This document shows positions 1 to 9,550 of a stretch of 40,095 nucleotides of DNA, one piece after another. Source of the DNA: Mollicutes bacterium (GTDB lineage Bacteria; Bacillota_I; Bacilli_A; RF39; UBA660). Under the pieces are notes generated by a model, which was given only the letters and a program-made list of their open reading frames with translations, was not told the DNA's origin and searched no databases. The translations under genes and the position numbers were made by a program. The stretch lies in assembly GCA_012520055.1 (NCBI GenBank), contig JAAYPA010000029.1, forward strand, positions 1 through 40,095. The letters run 5' to 3'. How positions within the stretch are numbered: position 1 is the stretch's first letter; each line of letters begins with the position of its first letter.

Positions 1-566
1 ATTGACAGTTTGACAGTTATATTTTGATTAGTAATTGTTTCATCTTCCCAAATATCTTCATTATCGGCATTTAACCACATTCTAAAATTATAGACATGAC
101 TTTCATTTCCATCAAAAGCACTGGTTACTAAAGTATAATTATTTAAATAACCTACTAAGCCTTGTTGAGGTTCTTCAATAAGCTCACTTAATTTTTTGTT
201 TTTATTATAAGTTAAACCATCTAAATCTATTTTTACATATTCACGGTTAGTGATTGTCGTAGTATTTACTACTGACATAACAATTTGATATTTGACATAT
301 GTGTTACAGTTATTACGCACAGTAAAACGATATGGCTGTGTTTCCATAGCCTCTACATATGTTAAAGGATAAGCATTATGTAAATTTAATGTATTTGAGT
401 TTCCTACTATTGAAACATCAACACAATCTAAAGTACTTACGATATTAGTACTGTTTTGTGTTGTTACTTTTCTGAATATGGCATATGTCCCACCCATTAT
501 CACAGTAGCTAAAATAATTATTCCGATAATCATATATACTCTGTATTTAAAAGATAAAGTTCTCAT
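1..566 (-). CDS. SipW-cognate signal peptide, TasA/camelysin-like protein (3' end runs off the window)
   Basis: Not in the ORF track; translated by hand from ATG at 566 (RBS AAGGAGAA): MRTLSFKYRVYMIIGIIILATVIMGGTYAIFRK...AYPLT...YRFTVRNNC...ESHVYNFRMWL..., open to the window edge. GGTYA-IF matches the SipW-class cleavage motif. Confidence 0.8.
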   Translation of the reverse strand, partial: MRTLSFKYRVYMIIGIIILATVIMGGTYAIFRKVTTQNSTNIVSTLDCVDVSIVGNSNTLNLHNAYPLTYVEAMETQPYRFTVRNNCNTYVKYQIVMSVVNTTTITNREYVKIDLDGLTYNKNKKLSELIEEPQQGLVGYLNNYTLVTSAFDGNESHVYNFRMWLNADNEDIWEDETITNQNITVKLS

Positions 567-588
567 AGAAATTTCTCCTTTATTATAT

Positions 589-617
589 ATTATACTTTAA
601 ATATTAGTTCTTGACAA
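589..617 (-). promoter_or_regulatory. sigmaA-type promoter of the TasA-like gene
   Basis: TTGTCA-N17-TATAAT on the minus strand. Confidence 0.55.
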
Positions 618-639
618 TTTAAAAAAAGACTGATATACA

Positions 640-990
640 TCAATCTTGAGCTTTAAAGAATAAAGTCATGATAAAGGCAAATACGATAGCGGACACTATT
701 CCCGCACTTACCGGAACTAGTATCCCACTAAATAAACCTAATAAACCATCTTCAAGGTAACCACTATATGATCCGTTTAGTAAAAGATTACCAAAAGACA
801 TAATAGGAATATTTGCTCCTGCTCCTACTACTTTGACTATTTTATCATAAAAGCTACATACTCCTAAGACACTACCCAATACAACAAAAATAGTTGTTAT
901 ATGTCCCGGAGTAAAATTGGTATTATCTAAAATTATTTGACCTATTAAACATATAAAACCACAAAACAAAAATGAATATACTAAAGTCAT
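640..990 (-). CDS. spoVAE: Stage V sporulation protein AE (SpoVAEb type)
   Basis: GFICLIGQIILD...TPGHI...GAGANIPIMSFGN motifs; follows spoVAD. Confidence 0.9.
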   Translation of the reverse strand: MTLVYSFLFCGFICLIGQIILDNTNFTPGHITTIFVVLGSVLGVCSFYDKIVKVVGAGANIPIMSFGNLLLNGSYSGYLEDGLLGLFSGILVPVSAGIVSAIVFAFIMTLFFKAQD

Positions 991-1935
991 TTATACCACC
1001 TCCAAATAGATAGCATGACATATGGTTGGAACTGAATGTTTTTGATTAACTAAGACAGGACTGTGCAGTGATCCAGTTGCCAAACAAAGTATTTTTTTAT
1101 ACTTTTTATTATTAAAAATTCTTGTAACAAGTATAAGAGGTAATACTGCCGGTCCACTGGCTCCCGCATATTCAAAATCTTTATAAAATATTGCTCCGGC
1201 ATCTAGATGATTATTAATTTTAATATTATGTTCTTTTTTTAGAATCTCTTTAAATATTTCTGAACCGGTACTACCTAAATCTCCGGTTATTATTAAGTCA
1301 TAATCTTTTACTTCAGTTTTACTTTGATTTAAATAATCAACTAAGGTTGTAGCTGCTCCCGGAGCCATTATAGCTCCCATATTATGAACATCTTTAACAT
1401 AAGAATCAATTACTTTCCCCAATAAACCATTTACAACTTTTATTTTAGATGAAGTTTTCGATAATTTAATACCAACCGCTGCCGTAGCTGTAAAAGTACT
1501 TCGGTATGGTTTAGGAGCTCCATATTCGACTGGAAATCTGAATTGTTTTTCGGCAGCCAAATTATGAGAACTGGTTAAAAATATTCCTTCTCTTATAAAT
1601 TTTCCTTGAATAAAACCGGCTAAAGTAAGAAACGATGCAGACATTGTAGCACAAGCTGAGTATATTCCTAGTACCGGAATATTTTTATTAATTGTAGAGC
1701 TTCCTAAAGCTGTTAATTGATTAGTTAAATCTCCCCCAATAATTAATTCAGTATTAGAATTTACCAAATTATTTAAAACGGTCCTTTGCATCTTTATCTC
1801 CGCATCTTCCACGGTCTTTTCACCAAAGTAATAATCATCTATATACATGTCACATTTTTTTACATCATGTTCCTTCTCTAAAGGTCCAGCTACTATAAAA
1901 TAATCAGTTAAATAAACATCTTTAAAATTAAACAT
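991..1935 (-). CDS. spoVAD: Stage V sporulation protein AD (DPA-binding, thiolase-like fold)
   Basis: GGDLTNQ, GIYSACAT, SSHNLAAEKQFRFPVEYG, MGAIMAP, ITGDLG motifs. Confidence 0.93.
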   Translation of the reverse strand: MFNFKDVYLTDYFIVAGPLEKEHDVKKCDMYIDDYYFGEKTVEDAEIKMQRTVLNNLVNSNTELIIGGDLTNQLTALGSSTINKNIPVLGIYSACATMSASFLTLAGFIQGKFIREGIFLTSSHNLAAEKQFRFPVEYGAPKPYRSTFTATAAVGIKLSKTSSKIKVVNGLLGKVIDSYVKDVHNMGAIMAPGAATTLVDYLNQSKTEVKDYDLIITGDLGSTGSEIFKEILKKEHNIKINNHLDAGAIFYKDFEYAGASGPAVLPLILVTRIFNNKKYKKILCLATGSLHSPVLVNQKHSVPTICHAIYLEVV

Positions 1936-2365
1936 AAATGATCACCTTTAGTATTGCTAAAAAGAAAGCTGCAATAATACCATATAATAAAATACAGCCG
2001 GCTAAACGAAATAAATAACCACCTAAGCCCGTAATTAATCCATCATTTTTATAATCAAGTGCACTACTTGTTATGGAATGGGCAAAACCGGTAATAGGCA
2101 CAATAAGTCCACATTTAAATTTCATAACAAGTTTATCAAAAAAACCTAAACCCGTAAAAAGACTTGCTAAAAAGATATAAATAATTAAAACCCAAGTTGT
2201 AGCTTCTTTAATCGGTATATGAGCCCATTTCACAATCAGACATTTTAAACCATCCGCTATAAAACCTAATGTTCCCCCCATTAAAAAAGCATTGAATGCA
2301 TTTTTCAATTTTTTCTCTTTAGGAGTAAATTTTTTAACCAGTTTTAAATATTCTTTTTTATTCAC
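1928..2365 (-). CDS. spoVAC: Stage V sporulation protein AC
   Basis: AFLMGG...VPITGFAHSITSSALDYK..GLITG motif; GTG start with GGTGA RBS. Confidence 0.92.
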   Translation of the reverse strand: MNKKEYLKLVKKFTPKEKKLKNAFNAFLMGGTLGFIADGLKCLIVKWAHIPIKEATTWVLIIYIFLASLFTGLGFFDKLVMKFKCGLIVPITGFAHSITSSALDYKNDGLITGLGGYLFRLAGCILLYGIIAAFFLAILKVIIYV

Positions 2366-2381
2366 ATTAGTTCACCTATTA

Positions 2382-2411
2382 TATTATGAACAATTTTAGG
2401 CAGCAATATAC
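2382..2411 (-). promoter_or_regulatory. sigmaG-type forespore promoter of the spoVA operon
   Basis: GTATA-N18-CATAATA just upstream of the spoVAC RBS; matches the sigmaG consensus, and spoVA is sigmaG-controlled in B. subtilis. Confidence 0.7.
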
Positions 2412-3046
2412 TCTTTGATCTTTTTCTTACACTTGTTTTCAAGTCTTGAAACCTTAACTTGACTAATTCCTAAAGCTTCGGCTGTTTCAGTTTGAGTTAA
2501 ATCTTGAAAATAACGATAATCAATTACCGATTGTTCTAAAGGATCTAACGTTTCTATAGAAGAACTGATTAATATTTGATCATCTATATTGTTTTCTACT
2601 CCAATCATATCGGAAATCTTAACTTCTCCGGTTAAGGTTTGATATTCATCTTCTAAGCTTAACATTGTACTTGTCATTGAAAAAGCATCATAAGCTAATC
2701 TTTCATCTATTTCCAAATATAAACAAATTTCTGTTAAACTGGGTATTCTATTTAATTTTTGCGTAAGCTCATTTTTCGCTTTTTCGATTTCTTTTGCAAT
2801 CTTTAAATACTGTTTATTGATTTTTATGTCTCTACTTTTGTTAGCAAGTTCATACATTTCTCCAAAAACATATTTATAAGCAAATGACATAAAATCAACA
2901 CCTAAATTTTCATTATATTTACGATATGCTTTAATAAGACCTATACAACCAGCTTGATATAAATCAGAAATTTCCACATTATAAAATTTTTTAGCTATTT
3001 TGTAAATAAATAATTCATACTGAACTACTGTTTCTTCTTCAGTCAT
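2396..3046 (-). CDS. sigF: Sporulation sigma factor, SigF-like (SigF/SigG family, short N-terminus)
   Basis: DLYQAGCIGLIKA (region 2.2), RYFQDLTQTETAEALGISQVKVSRLE (region 4.2); lies between spoIIAA and spoVA. Confidence 0.8.
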   Translation of the reverse strand: MTEEETVVQYELFIYKIAKKFYNVEISDLYQAGCIGLIKAYRKYNENLGVDFMSFAYKYVFGEMYELANKSRDIKINKQYLKIAKEIEKAKNELTQKLNRIPSLTEICLYLEIDERLAYDAFSMTSTMLSLEDEYQTLTGEVKISDMIGVENNIDDQILISSSIETLDPLEQSVIDYRYFQDLTQTETAEALGISQVKVSRLENKCKKKIKEYIAA

Positions 3047-3054
3047 ATTATCAC

Positions 3055-3372
3055 CTATACTTGAATTAGCTTTAACGCTACTAATTCATTTTTCACTATT
3101 TTAAATTCACTATTTAGAGTTAGATTGGTATTACATATTAAGCCATCACCTTGATTTAATTTAGCAGCTTCTATTCCCTTTCTTAATGATTCTCTACCAT
3201 AATTATCAATTATTGTAACAGCGCCTAAATTGTAAACAATATATTTAATTCCTTGTTTGCTAATTACCGGAATTAAATAATTATCTAAACTTCTAACGGT
3301 ATCTTTAGTTAAATTACCTTTTAATCTAATAAACAAAACACCTTTACGAAATTCCATATTGATTTTTAACAT
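3055..3372 (-). CDS. spoIIAA: Anti-sigma F factor antagonist (STAS domain), degenerate phosphorylation site
   Basis: GVLFIRLKGNL...IVYNLGAVTIIDNYG STAS pattern; upstream of sigF. Confidence 0.8.
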   Translation of the reverse strand: MLKINMEFRKGVLFIRLKGNLTKDTVRSLDNYLIPVISKQGIKYIVYNLGAVTIIDNYGRESLRKGIEAAKLNQGDGLICNTNLTLNSEFKIVKNELVALKLIQV

Positions 3373-3422
3373 AATCTTCCCTCACTTTTAATATAGGTTA
3401 GTAATAATACTTTTTAAACATC

Positions 3423-3429
3423 TTCGACA
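3423..3429 (-). promoter_or_regulatory. Spo0A box upstream of spoIIAA
   Basis: Perfect TGTCGAA (TTCGACA on +) about 50 bp upstream of the spoIIAA start; spoIIA is a known Spo0A target. Confidence 0.65.
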
Positions 3430-3575
3430 AAACCTCTATTTATTTACCGGTCTAATTATAGAGGTAATTGACATAATATTAACTATTTATATTAATACTG
3501 TTATAAAAACTTTGATGTTTTCTTTTTACTTTTTTTAATTATTGATAATTAAATTGTCAGTTTTAAACCTTTTAC

Positions 3576-3604
3576 TGGACATTTACCTAAAAATGTAATA
3601 TAAT
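3576..3604 (+). promoter_or_regulatory. sigmaA-type promoter of rnj
   Basis: TGGACA-N17-TATAAT. Confidence 0.55.
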
Positions 3605-3657
3605 GAATTTACTAAGCAGAACTTTTATTTTTTTATTTTAGGAGGATTTTAAACACA

Positions 3658-5325
3658 ATGAAACACAATGAAAATGTGACGACTATTTTTGCGCTTGGTG
3701 GTTTAGGCGAAGTTGGCAAAAACATGTATGTCGTCGAACATGATAATGAAATAATAATAATTGATGCCGGTATTTTATTTCCGGAAAATGATCTACTAGG
3801 TATTGATTATGTTATTCAAGATATAACTTATTTAAGGAATAAAGAAAAAAATATTAAAGCTTTATTCATAACCCACGGTCACGAAGATCATATCGGCGGT
3901 GTTAGTTTTTTACTGCAAAATGTTAATATTCCGGTTATTTATACCCCTGGTATTACCATTGACTTAATTAAAAATAAGTTTGCTGATCGTAATATTAATT
4001 ATAAGAATGTTGAAGTTTACAATAAAGACAGTATCTTTAAATTTAAAAATTTTACGGTTGAATTTGTGGGAACTACCCACTCTATTCCAGATAGTTTTGG
4101 CATAATAATCAGAACACCAAATGGCACTATTTTTACAACCGGAGACTTTAAATTTGACTTAACTCCAATCGGACCTATGGCTGATATTCATAAAATGGCC
4201 GCTTTAGGTAAGGAAGGCGTTAAAATTTTACTATCAGACAGTACTAATGCATTAACACCCGGTTTTTCTCGTAGTGAAAATATCGTCGATGAAGCTTTAG
4301 GTGAAATATTTGCCAGAAGCACATCAAGAATTATCTTAGCAACCTTTGCTTCAAACATTTATCGAATCAAACATATCGTAGAAACTTGCCGCAAAAATAA
4401 TCGAAAGATTGTTACTTTCGGTCGTAGTATGGAAAATGCTAAAGAAATAGCTTTAAAAAATAATCTAATTACTGATAGAACAATTTTTATTGATACTAAT
4501 GAAGCTAAAAAATACAAAAAAAATGAAATATGTATTTTATGTACGGGATCTCAAGGTGAACCACTGGCAGCTTTAACCAGGATAGCCGATGGTAGTCATA
4601 AACAAATTGAATTATTGCCTGATGATATTGTTGTCTTCTCATCCAGTCCGATTCCGGGTAATAAAGCAAGTATTAACAGAGTTATCAATAAATTATATTT
4701 AAGAGGTGTCAGAGTTTTCACTAACACTGAGCTATCAGATATCCACACTTCAGGTCATGCTAATCAGGAAGAATTAAAATGGATGTTAAGATTAATTAAA
4801 CCTAAATATTTTATGCCGGTTCATGGTGAGTACCGAATGTTAAAAACCCATGGTGATTTAGCCAATCTTTGCGGAGTTCCTAAAGAAAATATCTTCATTT
4901 GCAAAAATGGTGATACCATAGAACTTACTAAAGATGGTGCTAGACTAGGAAGAAAAGTCCAAGCCGGTGATATTTATGTAGACGGTTCCCGAGTTGGTGA
5001 TATTGGATCAGTAGTTGTTAAAGACCGTCAATTAATGAGTAAAGATGGTATTTTAGTAGCTATTATTAACATTGATCCAAGAACCAGAGAATTGTTAATT
5101 AAACCAAATATTACAACGAGAGGTTTCGTCTTAATTAATGAAAATGCTGAATTAATATCAAAAATAGAAACTAAAGTAACAGAAATTGTTACTAATACAA
5201 TTAAAACAACATATAACTATTTAGATTTAAAAAATCAAATAATTTTAGAGTTAAATCCCTTTATTAATAGTTTAACCGGTAGAAGACCAATAATAATGCC
5301 GGTAATTATGGAAGTTAATCGTTAA
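3658..5325 (+). CDS. rnj: Ribonuclease J
   Basis: ALGGLGEVGKNM, THGHEDHIG, HTSGHA, PVHGEYRM motifs. Confidence 0.96.
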   Translation: MKHNENVTTIFALGGLGEVGKNMYVVEHDNEIIIIDAGILFPENDLLGIDYVIQDITYLRNKEKNIKALFITHGHEDHIGGVSFLLQNVNIPVIYTPGITIDLIKNKFADRNINYKNVEVYNKDSIFKFKNFTVEFVGTTHSIPDSFGIIIRTPNGTIFTTGDFKFDLTPIGPMADIHKMAALGKEGVKILLSDSTNALTPGFSRSENIVDEALGEIFARSTSRIILATFASNIYRIKHIVETCRKNNRKIVTFGRSMENAKEIALKNNLITDRTIFIDTNEAKKYKKNEICILCTGSQGEPLAALTRIADGSHKQIELLPDDIVVFSSSPIPGNKASINRVINKLYLRGVRVFTNTELSDIHTSGHANQEELKWMLRLIKPKYFMPVHGEYRMLKTHGDLANLCGVPKENIFICKNGDTIELTKDGARLGRKVQAGDIYVDGSRVGDIGSVVVKDRQLMSKDGILVAIINIDPRTRELLIKPNITTRGFVLINENAELISKIETKVTEIVTNTIKTTYNYLDLKNQIILELNPFINSLTGRRPIIMPVIMEVNR

Positions 5326-6095
5326 CCTAAAGAGATATCTAAAATCATCATAATAATAAACCCAAGAATAAGATATAATGCCATTATATCTTTTTTTTCA
5401 TTTGTCATACTTTCCGGTATTAATTCTACTACTATGACATATAACATAGCACCGGCTGCAAAAGCTAGTAAAAAAGGTAAAATAAATTTCATTTTAATAG
5501 CTAAGAAAAGTCCTAATAAAGCCCCAATCGGTTCAACTATTGCGGTAAGTGCTCCAATTAAAAATGATTTCTTTTTAGAATAACCTTCCCGATATAATGG
5601 AAAACTGATTGCACTACCTTCCGGGAAATTTTGAATACCAATACCTAAAGCAAGAGTTAAAGCTCCCATTACCGTAGCTCCCGGTATTCCGTATATAACC
5701 GAACCAAAAGCCACCCCTATTGCCATTCCTTCCGGAAAGTTATGTAATGTTATCGATAAAATGATCATATTAAGTCCGCTTCTTTTTTTATTCTTTTGAT
5801 AAAACTTATCACCTAAAAATAATAATAATCCTCCACAAATAATTCCCAAACTGCATATTAACCAAGGAATAACATCAATACTTTCTGAATAACTTATCGC
5901 CGGATTAATTAAAGAAAACATTGTCGAAGCAAGCATAATACCTGCTGAAGCTGAAAGAAGTTTATCCATTTTAGCTTTATTAAGACTGGTAAATAAAAAA
6001 ATCATAGCTGATCCAGATGCAGTAATTAAAAATGTTATAGTACTGGCAATTAAAGTTTGAATAACCGGATTTAAATCAACAAAAAAACTAATCAT
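5322..6095 (-). CDS. ZIP family metal transporter (ZupT/GufA)
   Basis: ITLHNFPEGMAIG, GIQNFPEG, AAGAMLYV motifs. Confidence 0.92.
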   Translation of the reverse strand: MISFFVDLNPVIQTLIASTITFLITASGSAMIFLFTSLNKAKMDKLLSASAGIMLASTMFSLINPAISYSESIDVIPWLICSLGIICGGLLLFLGDKFYQKNKKRSGLNMIILSITLHNFPEGMAIGVAFGSVIYGIPGATVMGALTLALGIGIQNFPEGSAISFPLYREGYSKKKSFLIGALTAIVEPIGALLGLFLAIKMKFILPFLLAFAAGAMLYVIVVELIPESMTNEKKDIMALYLILGFIIMMILDISLG

Positions 6096-6140
6096 ATTAC
6101 TCTCCTCTAGAGTATGATATGATTAGTCATTTTAAAGTGT

Positions 6141-7694
6141 TTATTCAATTAAAGATTTAATTTTATCTTTATATTCTTCGATTTGTCTTTGCAACTCTTC
6201 TTTTTCATTAGTTAACTGATTATTCTTTTCTTCTAATTCATCTATTTGATATTCTAAATCATTAATTTGATTATAAAGACTATCTATCTCATTTTCATAG
6301 TAATTATAACGTTCTTGAACATAATGTTGATCTTTATAATAATCATTTAAATTTTTTCTTAAATTATCAATAACTTTTTCACTGGTTGTTATTATTAATT
6401 TTGTATTATCATTATAATTAAAATCATATATTTTTCTTTCTTTTAAATTATTAATAATTAAATCGATAAAATTCATAAAATTATCGATATCTATATGATA
6501 ATCATAAATATGATATCCACTAGCTTGTTGTTCAATTCTAATTTTATTAATATTTTCATAAGAATTAATTGATATATGAATACGATTTTTTAAACTATTA
6601 TCAACTACATATTCAATACCATTCCAGTAGTCAAAAAACATATCTTCTTCATAAGTATACTCGTAAGTATTATTAATTTGTTTTATTTCACTAGGTATAC
6701 CATTAATTACTTTGGTATTATGAAGATCAAGTAATAGAAAACCTGACCCAATGCCTAATCCAGCTATACTAACAATAAGCATGGTAAGTAATAAACGGAA
6801 ATTTTGTTTTCTGTTAAAAATAAAATTAAAGACAAAAACAATAAATAATATGTTTAAAATAATACTGAATATTATTATAATAAGAAAACTGAAATATTTA
6901 ACACCGGATAAAATTAAATAAATATCTAAAACTAATCCACCAAATAAACCAAATAAGGTAAATACAAACGGCATTGCAAAAAAGATTAAAAATATTTTTA
7001 TAAAGAATATTGATATCTTACCTAAAGTATCAAAGAAAGCAAAATTTGGAGTATTATATTCTCTAATAATTTTTTCTTCTTTAATTTGTTTTTTTTCATA
7101 ACTAATCTCTTCTTTTGGTTCTTCCTTATCTTTTTTACTTTCAACCATTACTAATTCATATTTATCTAAAAATCCAATTTTAAATATATAGATAAATAAT
7201 AAAACATAACCAACAAAATATGCCGCATCCAATAAAAAATTAATTATCTTTGATAAAACTTCAGCAACTTTAACACTACCAAACGAGTAAATAATATCAT
7301 AAATAGAATATTGAAAAGCATTTAACGGTATATATAATAAACCTAAAATGATTCCTACTATGACCATTAAAAATATACATCTTACCAGTTCTCCAAAACT
7401 CATATGAGTAAACATATTATAACTTTTCGATACTAAATCAAGAATACTATCAATAATTGATTTAAATCCGTTTTTCTTTTCGGAAGATACTTCTTTAATT
7501 TCATCATTAGTAAGTTCTTCTAAAGTACAATTAAATATTTTACATATAGCCAGTAATTTATCCATTTCCGGATATGTTTGACCACTTTCCCATTTGGATA
7601 CTGATTGTCTGGTAACATCTAACATCTCTGCCAATTCTTCTTGAGAATACTTTTTCTCTTTTCTTAAAATTTGTAGTTTTTCACTAAAATTCAT
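6141..7694 (-). CDS. Membrane-bound XRE-family HTH regulator with several TM helices and a C-terminal coiled coil
   Basis: N-terminal SQEELAEMLDVTRQSVSKWESG HTH; hydrophobic middle; heptad-rich C-terminus. Confidence 0.85.
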   Translation of the reverse strand: MNFSEKLQILRKEKKYSQEELAEMLDVTRQSVSKWESGQTYPEMDKLLAICKIFNCTLEELTNDEIKEVSSEKKNGFKSIIDSILDLVSKSYNMFTHMSFGELVRCIFLMVIVGIILGLLYIPLNAFQYSIYDIIYSFGSVKVAEVLSKIINFLLDAAYFVGYVLLFIYIFKIGFLDKYELVMVESKKDKEEPKEEISYEKKQIKEEKIIREYNTPNFAFFDTLGKISIFFIKIFLIFFAMPFVFTLFGLFGGLVLDIYLILSGVKYFSFLIIIIFSIILNILFIVFVFNFIFNRKQNFRLLLTMLIVSIAGLGIGSGFLLLDLHNTKVINGIPSEIKQINNTYEYTYEEDMFFDYWNGIEYVVDNSLKNRIHISINSYENINKIRIEQQASGYHIYDYHIDIDNFMNFIDLIINNLKERKIYDFNYNDNTKLIITTSEKVIDNLRKNLNDYYKDQHYVQERYNYYENEIDSLYNQINDLEYQIDELEEKNNQLTNEKEELQRQIEEYKDKIKSLIE

Positions 7695-7723
7695 AATTCA
7701 CCACTCCTGCCAAAAATATATTA

Positions 7724-7782
7724 CGTAACTCAGTTGCATTCTACCACATTTTAGTTGTTTTTTGTTAATTTTCAGTTGCATT
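7724..7782. promoter_or_regulatory. Putative operator array: AGTTG x3 at 21-bp spacing
   Basis: AGTTG at 7732, 7753 and 7774; TCAGTTGCATT duplicated exactly at 7730-7740 and 7772-7782. Confidence 0.55.
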
Positions 7783-7845
7783 TTAATTAAATTTACTTTT
7801 TTAATATTTTAAACGTATAATTAATTCATAAAAAAGGAGTATGAG

Positions 7846-8217
7846 ATGTTTAATAATATAGGTAGAAAAATTAAAAAAGTGGCTAATGTTTTTTGTTGGA
7901 TTGGTATTGTGGGTTATATTATTTTAGCTATTTGCTTATTTATCACAGCCGGTTCTTATTATAATACCGGTGATATTGTTGCTTCCGGTTTTGTAATTTT
8001 ATTTGTTGGTCCTGCCCTTTCTTGGTTAGTTAGTCTTTTCATTTATGGCTTTGGAGAATTAATTGATAAAACAAATGAAATCAACGAGAATATAAATGTT
8101 GTAAAACACAGATTAGCAAAAGGTAATACTAAAAATAAAAGAAGCAATGAAATTGAAAGATTATATTCTGAAGGATTAATATCTGAAGAAGAACATCAAT
8201 TATTAATTAGTCAATAA
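7846..8217 (+). CDS. Small two-TM membrane protein with SHOCT-like C-terminus
   Basis: Two hydrophobic segments, IYGFGELI, C-terminal LYSEGLISEEE; RBS AAGGAG. Confidence 0.75.
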   Translation: MFNNIGRKIKKVANVFCWIGIVGYIILAICLFITAGSYYNTGDIVASGFVILFVGPALSWLVSLFIYGFGELIDKTNEINENINVVKHRLAKGNTKNKRSNEIERLYSEGLISEEEHQLLISQ

Positions 8218-8320
8218 AAAAGTACATTAGAGTTAGTTTGATTAAATAAGACATCTAAAAAAAGAACATATGAGAAATCATATGTTTTTTAATTTGGTAA
8301 AATATAAATGGAGGGAAGAA

Positions 8321-8659
8321 ATGAGAAAAACAAAAAAGCATAAAACTTATACAATTGATGAAAAAAATGAAATAGTAAGAGAATATTTAAATGGTAAAAC
8401 AAGAAGTTCAGAACTGATAAGACAATATGATATCGCTTCTTTTTCAGTTCTTCAAAGATGGATAATACAATATCAAAAATATGGTTCTGTTCAAGACAAT
8501 CGTGGGAAATCTTCTAAAGGAAAAGGTAATTATACTAGAAAGAAGAAACTAGTCCCAGAACAAATGTCTAGAGAAGAATTAATTGAATATGTAAAGGCGG
8601 TTGAGGATATAAAAAAAATAACTGTCTTCCTAAAACACCAAAAGAAAAATATCAAATAA
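8321..8659 (+). CDS. IS3 transposase OrfA (HTH)
   Basis: ATG at 8321 after GGAGG; YTIDEKNEIV...VLQRWIIQY HTH; A8 slippery run at 8611-8618. Confidence 0.85.
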   Translation: MRKTKKHKTYTIDEKNEIVREYLNGKTRSSELIRQYDIASFSVLQRWIIQYQKYGSVQDNRGKSSKGKGNYTRKKKLVPEQMSREELIEYVKAVEDIKKITVFLKHQKKNIK

Positions 8660-9524
8660 TTGATATTCTAAAAAGTAAATATAATATTAATTTATTATGT
8701 TTAATACTTAAATGTTCAAGGAGTGGATACTATTTTTGGATAAATTTAGGAAGACCATTATACAAGAAATATGATGAAAGTATCGCCAAAATCATATTAG
8801 AACAATACTCAAAAGATAATAGACAAGGAATTAGGAGATTACGAATGAATATAAAAAAGATATATGGAATTAAGTTAACAAATTCTACCATATATCGCTA
8901 CATGAATATTCTGAATATAAGTTCAATCATTCGTAAGAAAAAGAATAAATACTCTAAAGTCAAACATCATAAAATACCTAACTTAATCAAACGTGATTTC
9001 AATGCCATACATCCTAATCAAAAATGGAGTATAGACATAACTTATATTCATACTAATTCTGGTGTCGAATATCTTTGTGCAATTAAAGATATGTACGACA
9101 AGAGTATTGTATCATATAATCAGTCAAAATTTATGGATAATAATTTATTTTATCAACTGTAAAGCATGCGATAGAAGCAGTCCCTTATAGTAAGAGAAAA
9201 GGATTAATTCTTCATTCAGATCAGGGCGTTCATTTTACGGGAATTCAATATGGATTATTATTAAAGCATAATAAAATAAGACGAAGTTGTTCTTATAAGG
9301 GAAGTTGTGTTGATAATGTACCAATAGAATCTTTCTTTAGTTCTTTGAAAACTGAGTGTTTATATCTTTACAAAAATATAACTAGAGAATTGTCTAGAAT
9401 ACTTGTAGATAACTACATTAAATATTATAATTATGATAGATTACAAGAAAAATTAAAAGAACTGACTCCGATTCAATATCGTCATCAATTCTCCCAATGT
9501 TCTTTTTTTAGATGTCTTATTTAA
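8611..9524 (+). pseudogene. IS3 transposase OrfB (DDE), frameshifted near 9150
   Basis: The -1 frame from the A8 run gives SRSGYYFW...KWSIDITY and stops at 9162; HSDQG and DNVPIESFFSSLKTE continue in another frame to TAA at 9524. Confidence 0.85.
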
Positions 9525-9550
9525 TCAAACTAACTCTTATGTACTTTTTA

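Larger units (their letters stand above)
8230..9536 (+). mobile_element. IS3-family insertion sequence (1307 bp), transposase damaged
   Basis: Perfect 40-bp terminal IRs (8230-8269, 9497-9536; GAGTTAGTTTGATTAAATAAGACATCT...), TTA direct repeats (8227-8229, 9537-9539), orfA/orfB layout. Confidence 0.92.

Noticed and set aside
3432-3465. Inverted repeat ACCTCTAT...ATAGAGGT between spoIIAA and rnj
   Set aside because: Only 8-bp arms with a long loop; no function can be supported.
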